A stretch of 64,000 nt of DNA from Alphaproteobacteria bacterium (GCA_009693985.1 SHWE01000004.1:586-64585); one strand, 5' to 3'; numbered from the stretch's first letter, positions 1 through 11,498 are shown. Notes: generated by a model not told the origin, from the letters alone. Made by a program: numbers and translations.

Positions 1-740
1 CGCATCTGCATTGGGGAGAGATTTCGCCGCGGCAGATATGGGCCCGCTTGTCGCTGGCGGCGGAAGAGCCGCGGAAACGGGACGGCGCGAACAAATTCTT
101 GAGCGAAATCGGTTGGCGAGAGTTTGCCTATCACCTCATCTACCATTTCCCGTCACTACCTGAGCGCAACTGGCGGCAGGCTTTCGATGCGTATCCGTGG
201 CGGGACAGCGCCGCCGATCTCAAGTCATGGCAACAGGGCCGCACCGGATTTCCCCTCGTCGATGCCGGAATGCGAGAACTGTGGCAGACGGGCTGGATGC
301 ACAATCGCGTGCGGATGATCACAGCGAGTTTCTTGGTGAAACACCTGCGGATCGATTGGCGGCTTGGAGAGGCTTGGTTCTGGGACACATTGCTCGATGC
401 AGACCTCGCCAATAATGCCGCCGGATGGCAGTGGGTGGCCGGGAGCGGCGCCGATGCCTCACCCTATTTCAGGATATTCAGCCCGATCGCGCAGGGGCAA
501 AAGTTTGATCCCAACGGCGACTATGTCCGGCGCTGGTGCCCGGAGCTGGCTGGATTGCCGAACGAAGCCATTCATGCTCCGTTCCGGGCGAGCCCTGAAA
601 CGCTGAGCAGAGCGGGTGTCATTCTCGGACGGACATACTCGCTTCCGATCGCCGATCATGATCGGGCTCGCTTGGCGGCCCTTGATGGCTACCAAAAAGT
701 TCGGGCAGCTCGCACTGAAGATCGGCCCGGAGATACATGA
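1..740 (+). CDS. phrB: deoxyribodipyrimidine photolyase, C-terminal FAD-binding part (5' end outside window, frame enters at nt 3)
   Basis: Frame is open from the window edge (HLHWGEISPRQIW...). TGFPLVDAGMRELWQTGWMHNRVRMITASFLVKHL and DADLANNAAGWQW are canonical photolyase/cryptochrome motifs. Confidence 0.93.
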   Translation, partial: HLHWGEISPRQIWARLSLAAEEPRKRDGANKFLSEIGWREFAYHLIYHFPSLPERNWRQAFDAYPWRDSAADLKSWQQGRTGFPLVDAGMRELWQTGWMHNRVRMITASFLVKHLRIDWRLGEAWFWDTLLDADLANNAAGWQWVAGSGADASPYFRIFSPIAQGQKFDPNGDYVRRWCPELAGLPNEAIHAPFRASPETLSRAGVILGRTYSLPIADHDRARLAALDGYQKVRAARTEDRPGDT

Positions 741-776
741 AAATCGAACGCGCCATGCAATCGACAGTGGCAAGTA

Positions 777-1682
777 TCATACCGTCGGATTCTTCCTGCT
801 CTCGCAATCGCGGTGCAAAGCGGTAAGTCCTTCCCGGTAGGTTGGAAATTCTAAGGTCACGCCGAGTATTGATTTAAGCTTCTCATTCTTCGCACGCTTC
901 ACCTCAGCGTAAAAGCTCAAGGCAAACGGGGACATGGACGTCTCAGCTTCCGAGAACGGAATTATCGGTGGCGCTTCAACACCCAGCAATTCGGCGGCAA
1001 ATGCGATGGGGTCTTCAGGTGGTGATGGTTCATCGTCGGTGACGTTAAAGATTCCGTCGGCCCGACGCTCGAAGGCAGCGTCGATGGCGCTAGCAATATC
1101 CGTAACGTGAACGCGGTTGAAGACTTGTCCCGGTTTGCTGATGCGTCTGGCAGTGCCGTGTTTGAGGCTCACCAGCGCGTTTTGGCCGGGACCATAGATT
1201 CCGGCAAGACGCAATATTGCGACCGGCCCCCCGGCACGAGTACCGAAGTCCTGCCAAGATTGTTCGGCCGCACGCCTTTGAAGACTCCGTTGTGCGCCCG
1301 GGCTGCATTCGCTCTCTTCATCCACCCATGCTCCATCGTGATTTCCATAAACTCCGATAGTCGAAAGATAGACGACAGAGCGCAACCGCGGTGCCTGCGA
1401 CAGCGCGGTTCCGCAGGTAGCGAGGACGACTTCACCTGAGGCGTCCGGCGGTACCGACACGAGCACATGATCGGAATCGGCAATCGCTGCGCCGATAGCC
1501 GGCGACATCGATATGCCATCGAACGCGAGAACCGTGCGCCAAGTCTTGCCCCCCTGATTCATCTCGGCGGCGCGTGTACCATTTCGGACGGTGCCAGATA
1601 CCCGATCAAAACGGCTGTGAAATGTGGCGACGTAATGCGTCGCCGTGTAACCTAAACCGAAGCAGAAGAGTGTTGGCATCAC
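777..1682 (-). CDS. NAD-dependent epimerase/dehydratase (SDR) family protein
   Basis: 301-aa ORF with N-terminal GxGxxA Rossmann-like turn (FGLGYTA), STIGVYG and RLAGIYGP motifs. Start is GTG 1682 or ATG 1679. Confidence 0.8.
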   Translation of the reverse strand: MMPTLFCFGLGYTATHYVATFHSRFDRVSGTVRNGTRAAEMNQGGKTWRTVLAFDGISMSPAIGAAIADSDHVLVSVPPDASGEVVLATCGTALSQAPRLRSVVYLSTIGVYGNHDGAWVDEESECSPGAQRSLQRRAAEQSWQDFGTRAGGPVAILRLAGIYGPGQNALVSLKHGTARRISKPGQVFNRVHVTDIASAIDAAFERRADGIFNVTDDEPSPPEDPIAFAAELLGVEAPPIIPFSEAETSMSPFALSFYAEVKRAKNEKLKSILGVTLEFPTYREGLTALHRDCESRKNPTV

Positions 1683-1784
1683 GAATGGATCGAGCGCCGG
1701 GTTGATGGCTGTCTCACGAAATTATCGTGCCGCGCACACGGGCGAGATTGAACGATGATCCCGTGTGTCGTCTGCACCACGCCG

Positions 1785-2309
1785 TCAGCCATTGAGCCAC
1801 CATATCGAGGAATTCAGCACGCTCGCGAACCCCACCCATGCGGCAAGCGGGACAAGACACCACCCGGCAATTGCGTCCAGCCTGCGGAACGTTGAGAGCG
1901 TGAAAAGAATGACTAAAAATTGAGGCACGATATTAACCAGCCCTAATAGCGGGCTATTGGCGCCGAAAAACATCCATGACCACGCCGCGTTGAGAGCGAG
2001 CTGCAGGTAGAACAGTACGAGAGCACGATCACGCGAGGGCGTTTCGCGAGGTAATCTCAGAATTCTCCAGACGGCGAAGGTTATGAGGACGAAAAGCGTC
2101 GTCCAAACCGGAGCGAAAACCCAGTCGGGGGGATTGAATGGCGGTTTCGTAAGTCCTGCGTACCAGGGCCGTAAGTTTGGATAGGTGGCGAGCTGACCGA
2201 GAACTGAGGTAGCCACGACCGAGGTGAGGGCCAGAGCTCCAAGGCCAATATCTCTACTACGTGAGTTCGCTTGGTTCTGCGACATTGACGATATTTCCAA
2301 AGGGATCAT
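1785..2309 (-). CDS. tspO: TspO/MBR tryptophan-rich sensory protein
   Basis: Five predicted TM helices. PPFNPPDWVFAPVWTTLF and LALNAAWSWMFF motifs are typical of TspO. An alternative ATG start at 2285 has a better SD. Confidence 0.88.
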   Translation of the reverse strand: MIPLEISSMSQNQANSRSRDIGLGALALTSVVATSVLGQLATYPNLRPWYAGLTKPPFNPPDWVFAPVWTTLFVLITFAVWRILRLPRETPSRDRALVLFYLQLALNAAWSWMFFGANSPLLGLVNIVPQFLVILFTLSTFRRLDAIAGWCLVPLAAWVGFASVLNSSIWWLNG

Positions 2310-2538
2310 GAGGGCAAAGCGTGGGCGTGGCGTTTCAAGTTGTTTTGAAACGCCACGTCCCGCTGAGATCAGGCAAGGTCGAAGCGATCAAGATTCATCA
2401 CCTTTGTCCACGCCGCCACGAAGTCACGCAAGAACGCCTGCTTGTCAAATCACTTCCAATCGCGACCCCCGTTTCGCTTCCAATAATGACCCCTCCGGGG
2501 AGATGGGTTTGGGCTTATCCACGTAGTGCATAGGAGGG

Positions 2539-2610
2539 TCCCGCGGCCTTAGGCCATCGAGGAAGTGGTGCCGCCTGCGTGACTCGAACACGCGACCCCC
2601 GCATTACGAA
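2539..2610 (-). repeat. partial tRNA-Thr copy (nt 32-76 plus 27 nt of 3' flank), att-like direct repeat
   Basis: 69/72 identity to 5592-5663. Homology stops exactly in the anticodon loop. It lacks the 5' half, so it is not a functional tRNA. Confidence 0.85.
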
Positions 2611-2911
2611 ACAAATTGCTTTGTCACTGCAATGACTTTGATTTTATTCCAGTGCGCTGGAATGCCCGTCCCGAGGCGTTCGGGGCGGATTGGGGATTTG
2701 TACGGAAGTGAACCCGCGTGAACGCCCGCGAAGCGCAGGGAAATTCCAAAACGGTAACCGCGGTGTAACCGCGGGAATTTCTCTGAGGAATGATTGTCCG
2801 TTTATGAGCGGATTCCTGCCGTTGAGGGCAATGGTCTGGTACGGCAGCTCATCGCCACTTGCAGACCTTCCGGCAGGTTCGCAACAGGAACGTCAAATCG
2901 TTCGAATTGCG

Positions 2912-4129
2912 TCAAGCCGGATTGAGCCAGCTCTCCGGAACCTTCGCGGCACGGAAAACCTGGTTGGTGCGGATGCCGTCGCTCTCGTTGGTGAAGGGAT
3001 TCACATACTCCCAGACAATTTCTCCCATCGGCGTCACTTCAAAGAAACGCCCATTCGCCCCTTCGCAGATGAGTGTATTGCCGTTGGGCTGCCGCTGCGC
3101 GCTGCTGATGAAGTGGCTGAAGAACGTCCAAATGGGGCGTCCGCTCTTCTCGGCGTTGTATTCCGACACGATAGACATGGTGAGCGGATTGATCTCCAGC
3201 ACGCGTGAGTTCGGCCGCGCGAAGGCGCGTTGCGGATTGGAGTTGGGCGGGATTCCACCATTGTCGTACACAAGGACATTGCCCGTCCCGGGGACGCCGG
3301 CCGGAAGCATGTGGACGTTGTGCTGCCCGATCGTGAGCCCCGCTTTCCAGACGATCTTTTTGGATTCGCGATCCACGACGACAATCGTGTTGAGGTTACG
3401 GTAGCTGATCATCACGTTGCCCGGCTTGAAGCGCGGGTCCGTGTGGCCGGCAGTCGCCGGAATCGGGCTTGCCGCGTTCACGTGAGCCCAGTCCCAGCCG
3501 CCTTTCACCTCTCGTCCGGCAGCGATCGTCGCCCGCGCTTCGGGGGAGAGGCCCAATTCGCCAAAGTGGTCGGCGGTCTGCCATTCCCAAACAATCTTTC
3601 CCGCACCATCGACTTCTATGACGCAGTCGTCCTTGAGGGAGGTCTTGGAGATTGCGGCCACGCGAATCTCCTTCGAGCACGCAATCATTGTATTGCCGTT
3701 GAACATGCGCTCTTGATCGTGATGCAGCATGCGCTCGCTGTCTGAGTATTTCCAAACGACCTTTCCGGCTTGCGTCATCTCGAAGATGTCCGCTCCGCCC
3801 GTTTCGGCGAGCGACCCATCGGCTTCTCTTTTCTGAATGCGGCCCAGGAGATTTCCGTTTGGCAGCGGTCTGGTGTAGCCCAAGCTGGAATTCGGCTCCG
3901 GCGAGGTCCATTTCTTGACCACCTGCCCTTGAGCGTTTACGGCGTAAGCGACGCCGTCGGGAGCGGCGAAAATCACCAGGCCCGGCTGTACACCCGGCTT
4001 CAGGATTGTCATGCCTTGGTTGACAGACGTCGGATAGGCGAACGCAGGTGCCGTTAGGGAAATGATGGCCGCCCCGAGAATGGCACCGAGACCAACCGTG
4101 TGGCGACAAGAATTGCGACTGGGTGTCAT
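2912..4129 (-). CDS. secreted arylsulfotransferase (ASST)-like beta-propeller protein
   Basis: Signal peptide MTPSRNSCRHTVGLGAILGAAIISLTAPAFA after SD GGGGAAGA. Repeated NGN / VWE(W/Y) blades and HHDQERMFNGNT resemble the aryl-sulfate sulfotransferase family. The track ORF extends to 4213, but the ATG at 4129 fits SD and signal peptide. Confidence 0.78.
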   Translation of the reverse strand: MTPSRNSCRHTVGLGAILGAAIISLTAPAFAYPTSVNQGMTILKPGVQPGLVIFAAPDGVAYAVNAQGQVVKKWTSPEPNSSLGYTRPLPNGNLLGRIQKREADGSLAETGGADIFEMTQAGKVVWKYSDSERMLHHDQERMFNGNTMIACSKEIRVAAISKTSLKDDCVIEVDGAGKIVWEWQTADHFGELGLSPEARATIAAGREVKGGWDWAHVNAASPIPATAGHTDPRFKPGNVMISYRNLNTIVVVDRESKKIVWKAGLTIGQHNVHMLPAGVPGTGNVLVYDNGGIPPNSNPQRAFARPNSRVLEINPLTMSIVSEYNAEKSGRPIWTFFSHFISSAQRQPNGNTLICEGANGRFFEVTPMGEIVWEYVNPFTNESDGIRTNQVFRAAKVPESWLNPA

Positions 4130-4194
4130 TTGATCTTCCCCTATGAATTTAGAAACCAGTGGCTTCTGAGCGGATTGTTCTTCGGTATTTGTGC

Positions 4195-5103
4195 TCACTG
4201 CACGGGCGTGCACTGCAAATCTGCGCCGATGGTCAGCGGGCCGGTATAGGATTTCTTCAATTCCGCGACGGCGGCATTGAGATCGAACTGGCCAAGATGG
4301 CTGACGACCAGCCGGCCGACGCCCGCGCTTTGCGCGACGCGTCCGACCACGGCCGGTGAGGCGTGAGTCGGACTGTTCCCCATATCCGTAGCCATATGCA
4401 TGACGAGCACATTCGCGCCCGTCGCAAAATCGATGAATTTTGGGTTTGTTCCGGTCTGATCGGTGCTGAAGACAACCGAGACGCCATTGGTCTGCACGCG
4501 GTATGCCAACGCCGGAATGTTGCCATGCGGAATTCCGAGAGCGGTGACCACCATCCCGTCCTTGTCGAACACTTTCGTCGGTTCCGTTCTCGTCACGTCA
4601 ACGGCGGTGGGTTCCAGATGAACGACGCCGGTGTTTACCGATGCGGGCTGCATGGTCGCGCCAAGAACCTGAAACGCGCCCTCCTTGGGATCGAAGAGGC
4701 GCCTGAGAAATACCGATATGCTTGGGACCCCTTCGTTGCCCGAAGGCCCGACGATCGGGAGCACGTCGTTTCGCGACTGGCGGCCCGCCCACATCAGGGC
4801 TGGCAAGTCCGAAGTGTGGTCGGGATGAAGATGGCTGATGGCCATGAGCGAAAGGTCGGTAAATTTGGCCCCTGCTTGGGAATACCTGGCATGAGTACCG
4901 CCGCCCATGTCGACAATCATTTTTGCTTGAGAGCCGGTCCAAAGAAGGTAGCCCGCGGAGACTCGGTCGCGATTGAACCCAGGTCCATTGGAACCCAATA
5001 TCTGAACCGATACGGGGGAACCCGCACAGCTTTGCGCATAAACGCTCGACGACATTGCAAGAACGGCGAGTAAAGAAGCGATGGTGGATCGCATCATGAG
5101 CAT
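4195..5103 (-). CDS. secreted MBL-fold metallo-hydrolase
   Basis: HxHxDH motif (SHLHPDH). Signal peptide MLMMRSTIASLLAVLAMSSSVYA preceded by SD GGGAG. The track ORF extends to 5292 without SD support. Confidence 0.8.
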   Translation of the reverse strand: MLMMRSTIASLLAVLAMSSSVYAQSCAGSPVSVQILGSNGPGFNRDRVSAGYLLWTGSQAKMIVDMGGGTHARYSQAGAKFTDLSLMAISHLHPDHTSDLPALMWAGRQSRNDVLPIVGPSGNEGVPSISVFLRRLFDPKEGAFQVLGATMQPASVNTGVVHLEPTAVDVTRTEPTKVFDKDGMVVTALGIPHGNIPALAYRVQTNGVSVVFSTDQTGTNPKFIDFATGANVLVMHMATDMGNSPTHASPAVVGRVAQSAGVGRLVVSHLGQFDLNAAVAELKKSYTGPLTIGADLQCTPVQ

Positions 5104-5591
5104 ATCGTTCGCTCCCTTACTATCGTTCACGATTTCCGCGTGCGATGAAGACACTAGTCTAGTATCGCCGAGAAATTTTGCAAACGCCCGCCAGCCGTCG
5201 GCTTCGTCGGTGGCTGACACTGTCGAGCGATCAGGGGCACTATATTCTGATGCTAAGCCGTGCAGGCGTCGCGAGTCCGTGGCCGATGGCAAATTGGCCC
5301 AAGACGGCGTGAACTAGCGCCGCTTCGAATGTTGCATTTGGGTCAGACCCAGCAGTTCCCGGGACAAAACCGAAGGTCTGGGTCACACGGAAGCTGCCGT
5401 TCCCTCTGGGCCCGAACGTGGGGAGAATCTACGACGCGAAGTGGTTGGCGGAGCGAGCAGCATCCGAACCTTCGGTACGCACCCGCAGCACCGGAATTTC
5501 TCCGTGCGTGTAACCGCGAGGTAACCACGGCCCTCGGAATACCTTCCGACGCCTCTTCTATTGCATTTGCATAATGGGGAAAATGCCGTCT

Positions 5592-5663
5592 TCCCGCGCC
5601 CTTAGGCCCTCAAGGAAGTGGTGCCGCCTGCGTGACTCGAACACGCGACCCCCGCATTACGAA
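5592..5663 (-). repeat. direct-repeat partner of 2539-2610 (inside and just 3' of the intact tRNA-Thr)
   Basis: 69/72 identity. The three mismatches all lie in the 27-nt flank part. Confidence 0.85.
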
Positions 5664-5694
5664 TGCGGTGCTCTACCGGCTGAGCTAAGGCGGC
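5619..5694 (-). tRNA. tRNA-Thr (anticodon CGU), CCA encoded
   Basis: Reverse complement GCCGCCTTAGCTCAGCCGGTAGAGCACCGCATTCGTAATGCGGGGGTCGCGTGTTCGAGTCACGCAGGCGGCACCA folds by hand into a 7/4/5/5-bp cloverleaf with anticodon loop TTCGTAA. Confidence 0.95.
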
Positions 5695-5742
5695 CCGGAA
5701 GGTGGGCGGGAAAATAGGCGGGGGACCCCGCTTGCGCAACCC

Positions 5743-7249
<1,507 letters not shown>

Positions 7250-7298
7250 TCAATAGTTTCCCCTATCTCATGACTTTTTCCGGTAGGGGGTTCCTTTC

Positions 7299-7514
7299 AT
7301 GGGAACGCAGGCCATCGCATTGCCGGACATGAATCAGAACCATGTGAACGCGTCGCTGATGCTGACCGGCAAAGCGGGCAGCAGCAACCGCGTGAACTGG
7401 TTTGCCGGCTACAGCGCGCGGATCGGTATCGACGGCGGCACCCAGCATCGCGTCTCGGCGGGCTTCAGCTTCGTGCCGCAAGCTCACGCCGCGTCGATGA
7501 AGCCGCCCATCTGA
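7299..7514 (+). CDS. small ORF resembling the last beta-strands of an outer-membrane barrel (possible remnant)
   Basis: GC3-rich 71-codon ORF with a G-rich SD. NRVNWFAGYSARIGIDGGTQHRVSAGFSF looks like a C-terminal OMP strand ending in F. It overlaps the ABC gene 3' end by 31 nt. Confidence 0.25.
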   Translation: MGTQAIALPDMNQNHVNASLMLTGKAGSSNRVNWFAGYSARIGIDGGTQHRVSAGFSFVPQAHAASMKPPI

Positions 7515-9319
7515 CGGTTCCACAGCCGCGCATAGGCGCCGCCCTTGGCGAGCAGCTCGCGGTGCGGACCTTCCTCGACGATGCGCCCCGCTTCCAGATA
7601 GACGATGCGGTCCATGCCCGCGATGGTCGAGAGCCGGTGGGCGATGGCGATCACGGTGCGGCCCTGCATCAGCGTCCACAACGCTTCCTGGATCAGATGT
7701 TCGGATTCGGAATCCAGCGATGAAGTTGCTTCGTCCAGCACCAGAATGCGGGCGTCTTTGACAAGCGCGCGGGCAATCGCCACGCGCTGGCGCTCGCCGC
7801 CGGACAGCTTGATGCCCTGCTCGCCGACGATGGTGTCGTAGCCGGCCGCGCGCCCGGCGATGAATTCATGCGCGTAAGCTTCGGTCGCCGCGCGCAACAC
7901 TTCGGCTTCCGGCGCGCCGGGCTTGGCGTAGCGGATATTGTCGCGCACCGCGCGATGGAATACGCCGGGCATCTGCGGCACTTCGGCAATCGCCTGGTTC
8001 AGGGAATCCCAACTGACTTCGCCGATGGCCTGACCGTCGATCAGGATGCGCCCGGCTTGCGGCTCGAACTGGCGGCGCAGCAATTTGACCAATGTGGATT
8101 TGCCCGCGCCTGAAGGCCCGACGAGGCCGACCTTTTCGCCGGGCGCAATCGTCAGGTTCAAATCCTGGAACACTTGCAAGCCATCGGGATGGGCGAAATG
8201 GACATGCTCGAAGCGGATCGCGCCCGAACCGACGGCAAGCGGCCGCGCGCCGGCGACGTCCTGAATCTCGTGCCGCTGGCTGACCAGTTCGAGCGCTTCG
8301 GCGAGCGTTCCGACCTGCTCGAAATAATCGAGCATGCGGTAGGAAAGCTCCTGCACGCTGCGGATAATCTGGTTGGCGAGGAAATAGATCATCGCGAATT
8401 GGCCAACGCTGATGGCGCCCGCCAGCGCATCCATGCCCGCCAGCGCCACGAGGCCCAGCAGCAGCGCCAGAGTCGCCACCGACATGAAGGTGCGCATCAG
8501 GATCAGAAAGCTGCGCAGCCGCTTGGACGCATTCATCTCGTCGGCGAGAAAATGCGAGAGGAAGCGGCGCTCGTAATCGGCCTTGGCGAAAGCGCGCACC
8601 AGATCGGCATTGGCGATGGCGTCGATCAGCCGGCCCGTCGAGGTCGAGACCTCGTTCGAAAACGCTTTGGAAAGACGCACGCAACGCTTCGCCAGCATCA
8701 CGACAATGGACAAATAGACGGCGGCCCACACCGCCAGCACCAGCGCATATTGGCCGTGCGTCGCGAACATCAGCGCGCCGCCGACAACGAGCAGCATGGC
8801 GACGCGGACCATTTCGAAGCCGAGGATTTGCAGGATCGAGACCGCCGCCTGTCCCGCCTGCTTCACCTTCTGGCCGAGCTTGCCGGCGAAATTCTCCTGA
8901 AAATATCGCGGCGAATGTCCCATCAGATAGGTGAAGAGATATTTCTGCGCGAGCGCCCGCATGCGCGGGGACGTCACCACATCGACCGCCTCATAGCTGC
9001 GGTAGGCGATCGTCGAGCCAAGCCAGATCGCGGCGAGCAAACCCATCCAAGGCAGGATCGCTTCGGAAAAAGTCGCGCCGGTCGTGACCGCCGCTCCGAT
9101 GGCGTTGATGAGGTGCGACAGCGCGTAAGGACCGAACGCTTCGATCGAGGTCGCGGTCCCAGCTAGCGCCACCAGCACGAACACGCGGCCGCGAAAATGC
9201 TTCATGACCAGAAAGCGAATGAACGCGAAGGGCGCGGAGGGAACATGCGCCAGCGCTTCGGCTTCGGAGAGAGGCTCCGGCCGTTCCAGCACCTGGTCGG
9301 GAACGATATGGCGGTTCAT
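7484..9319 (-). CDS. ABC transporter, fused permease/ATP-binding protein (MsbA-like exporter)
   Basis: Six-TM N-terminal half. Walker A GPSGAGKST, signature LSGGERQR, Walker B ILVLDEATS. Start is ATG 9319 or TTG 9361. Confidence 0.9.
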   Translation of the reverse strand: MNRHIVPDQVLERPEPLSEAEALAHVPSAPFAFIRFLVMKHFRGRVFVLVALAGTATSIEAFGPYALSHLINAIGAAVTTGATFSEAILPWMGLLAAIWLGSTIAYRSYEAVDVVTSPRMRALAQKYLFTYLMGHSPRYFQENFAGKLGQKVKQAGQAAVSILQILGFEMVRVAMLLVVGGALMFATHGQYALVLAVWAAVYLSIVVMLAKRCVRLSKAFSNEVSTSTGRLIDAIANADLVRAFAKADYERRFLSHFLADEMNASKRLRSFLILMRTFMSVATLALLLGLVALAGMDALAGAISVGQFAMIYFLANQIIRSVQELSYRMLDYFEQVGTLAEALELVSQRHEIQDVAGARPLAVGSGAIRFEHVHFAHPDGLQVFQDLNLTIAPGEKVGLVGPSGAGKSTLVKLLRRQFEPQAGRILIDGQAIGEVSWDSLNQAIAEVPQMPGVFHRAVRDNIRYAKPGAPEAEVLRAATEAYAHEFIAGRAAGYDTIVGEQGIKLSGGERQRVAIARALVKDARILVLDEATSSLDSESEHLIQEALWTLMQGRTVIAIAHRLSTIAGMDRIVYLEAGRIVEEGPHRELLAKGGAYARLWNRQMGGFIDAA

Positions 9320-9414
9320 TGCCGTTACGTTATTCTGCACACAATCATAGCGCAGGCCCAAGCCGTGAGCCGCGCCACCATGATCGAAGGGTTAAAGGCG
9401 AAAAAAGCCGCGGT

Positions 9415-9843
9415 CTACGCCTTGGCGGTTTCGGCCGTGTCCTCGGACGCAGCTTCGCGCTGCCGCTCCGTGATACGGGCAGCACGCCCACGCAGGCCGC
9501 GCAGGTAATAAAGCTTCGCGCGGCGGACCTTGCCGCGGCGGACGACTTCGACGCCGTCGACCAGCGGGCTATGGATCGGGAACACGCGCTCGACGCCTTC
9601 GCCGTAGGAAATCTTCCGCACGGTGAAGCTCTCGTTGATGCCGGCGCCCTGGCGGCCGATGCAGACGCCTTCGAACGCCTGAAGACGCTCGCGGGTCTTG
9701 GTCTGCTTGGTCTTTTCGTCAAAGCTGACGTCGACCACCTTCACGTTGACCTTCAGCGAGTCGCCGGGACGGAACGGCGGAAGTTTGCGGCCGCCGCGAA
9801 CGGTGTTGATCTGCTCTTGTTCGAGAATCTGGATAAGGTTCAT
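9415..9843 (-). CDS. rplS: 50S ribosomal protein L19
   Basis: [11 protein letters not shown]...[15 protein letters not shown]...[10 protein letters not shown] is the L19 signature. ATGA overlap with the trmD stop. Confidence 0.97.
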   Translation of the reverse strand: MNLIQILEQEQINTVRGGRKLPPFRPGDSLKVNVKVVDVSFDEKTKQTKTRERLQAFEGVCIGRQGAGINESFTVRKISYGEGVERVFPIHSPLVDGVEVVRRGKVRRAKLYYLRGLRGRAARITERQREAASEDTAETAKA

Positions 9844-10595
9844 GGTTTTCGTCCGTCCGGCGGGCGTTTTGTTCGATAGCCGGGCGTTCTAGCGGATCGA
9901 GAACGACTTTCATAGGGGGCCCAGAGGTCGGGCCGGCGGCTTCTCGTGAGGCGTTCGGCCTCGGACTTCCGCCAGCGCGCGATCTCGCCATGGTCGCCGG
10001 ACGTCAAAACCGGGGGAATCTCTGTCCCTTCAAAACTTTGGGGCCGCGTGTAATGGGGGTATTCGAGCAGGCCGCCCTCGAAAGATTCCTCGATTTTAGA
10101 GCCTTCGGCGCCCATCACGCCGGGGATCAGGCGCACGCAGGCTTCTATGAGGGCCATGGCTGCGACCTCACCACCCGCCAGCACGAAATCGCCGATGGAA
10201 ATCTCCTCCATGGCTCGGGACGCGATCACCCGTTCGTCTAGGCCCTCGAAGCGGCCGCAGAAGAGAATGGCGCCGGTGCCGGTGCTCAGATCGCGCACGC
10301 GGGCCTGCGTCAGCGGCGCACCTTTGGGCGAAAGATAGATCAGCGGACGGGCAGCGCTCTCGTCACGGCGCACCGCATCGATGGCGGCCGCGGCGACATC
10401 GGCGCGCATCACCATGCCGGGCCCGCCGCCCGATGGCGTATCGTCGACGCTGCGATGCTTGCCGATGCCGTGCTCGCGGATATCGCGGACATCGAGCGCC
10501 CAGATGTTCTGCGCCAGCGCCTTGCCCGCCAGCGAGACGCCGAGCGGCCCCGGAAACATTTCCGGAAACAGCGTCAGCACGGAGGCGCGCCACAT
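9840..10595 (-). CDS. trmD: tRNA (guanine37-N1)-methyltransferase
   Basis: [13 protein letters not shown]...[13 protein letters not shown]...[10 protein letters not shown] motifs. ATGA overlap with the rimM stop. Confidence 0.97.
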   Translation of the reverse strand: MWRASVLTLFPEMFPGPLGVSLAGKALAQNIWALDVRDIREHGIGKHRSVDDTPSGGGPGMVMRADVAAAAIDAVRRDESAARPLIYLSPKGAPLTQARVRDLSTGTGAILFCGRFEGLDERVIASRAMEEISIGDFVLAGGEVAAMALIEACVRLIPGVMGAEGSKIEESFEGGLLEYPHYTRPQSFEGTEIPPVLTSGDHGEIARWRKSEAERLTRSRRPDLWAPYESRSRSARTPGYRTKRPPDGRKP

Positions 10596-11095
10596 CAGGA
10601 TTTCTCCTCTTTGGGCAGAACTACGACGACGCGGCGCCCTGCGATGTCCACCACGGGAACGGCATCATCGCTGAAGGGCACGAATTCGGATCCGCCGCCG
10701 GTGAATTTCACTTCCAGCACGTCGCCGGCGCCGAAATTGTGGATGGCGGCAACGGTGCCGAGCGTAGCGCCGTCGGGATTTTCGGCCGCGAGACCGATGA
10801 GGTCCGCGTGGTAATAATCGCCCGCTTCGGGCGCCGGCAGCGCCGCGCGCGGCACGTAGAGCCCCTGGCTCTTCAAACTCTCCGCCGCGTTGCGTGTGTC
10901 GATGCCCGCGAAATGAGCGACCGCCTCGTCTTTCACCGTCGGACGTAAGCTCACGATCGTCAGCTCGCGCCCGTCATCGGTCGTCAGCGCCCCATAGGCA
11001 TCGAGATTCTCAGGCGCTTCGGTGAAGGCCTTCACCTTCACCTCGCCCTTGATGCCATGCGCGCCGATCACCGCGCCGAGGAGCACGCGCTCCAC
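10595..11095 (-). CDS. rimM: 16S rRNA processing protein RimM
   Basis: [21 protein letters not shown] and the PRC-barrel C-terminus. GTG at 11095 chosen, because the track ORF to 11290 would overlap the rpsP 3' end. Confidence 0.85.
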   Translation of the reverse strand: MERVLLGAVIGAHGIKGEVKVKAFTEAPENLDAYGALTTDDGRELTIVSLRPTVKDEAVAHFAGIDTRNAAESLKSQGLYVPRAALPAPEAGDYYHADLIGLAAENPDGATLGTVAAIHNFGAGDVLEVKFTGGGSEFVPFSDDAVPVVDIAGRRVVVVLPKEEKS

Positions 11096-11115
11096 CGCGC
11101 TGGGGCGATCCCCGG

Positions 11116-11472
11116 TCAGGTGGCGGCTTCGCCTCCGCCGGCGGCCTTCGCGGCAGCGGCGGCGCGCTCCTGTGCCTTCTTCTTGGGCTTCATCTTCTCG
11201 GGGCTGTGATGCTTGAGCGGCTTCACGACGCCCGCGTCGGAGAGGAAGCGATGCACGCGGTCGGACGCGGTCGCGCCCTTGGCGAGCCACGCTTTGGCCT
11301 TCTCGAGATCGATCTTGAGCCGGTCGGCGTGATCCTTGGGCAGCATCGGGGCGTAATAGCCCAATTGCTCGATGAAGCGCCCATCGCGCGGAGAGCGCGA
11401 TTCCGCGACCACGATGGCGTAATGGGGACGCTTCTTGGCGCCACCGCGCGAAAGCCTGATCTTCAATGACAT
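11116..11472 (-). CDS. rpsP: 30S ribosomal protein S16
   Basis: [42 protein letters not shown] is the S16 signature. Confidence 0.97.
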   Translation of the reverse strand: MSLKIRLSRGGAKKRPHYAIVVAESRSPRDGRFIEQLGYYAPMLPKDHADRLKIDLEKAKAWLAKGATASDRVHRFLSDAGVVKPLKHHSPEKMKPKKKAQERAAAAAKAAGGGEAAT

Positions 11473-11498
11473 GCTATTTCCTTTCGTCTGTGTAGAGA

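Noticed and set aside
4130-5292. N-terminal extensions of the two islet genes as drawn in the ORF track (to 4213 and 5292), which would make the genes overlap.
   Set aside because: The internal ATGs at 4129 and 5103 are each preceded by a good SD and begin typical Sec signal peptides. The upstream extensions are hydrophilic and lack an SD.
5260-5574. Possible integrase or excisionase remnant in the 500-bp non-coding stretch next to tRNA-Thr (ORFs 5260-5574 plus strand, 5343-5528 minus strand).
   Set aside because: The translations show no tyrosine-recombinase motifs (no R...HxxR...Y pattern). The ORFs are low-complexity with poor codon bias. I only noted a repeated TTGCATTTG at 5332-5340 and 5562-5570. 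A TBLASTN or HMM search would be needed to revive this idea.
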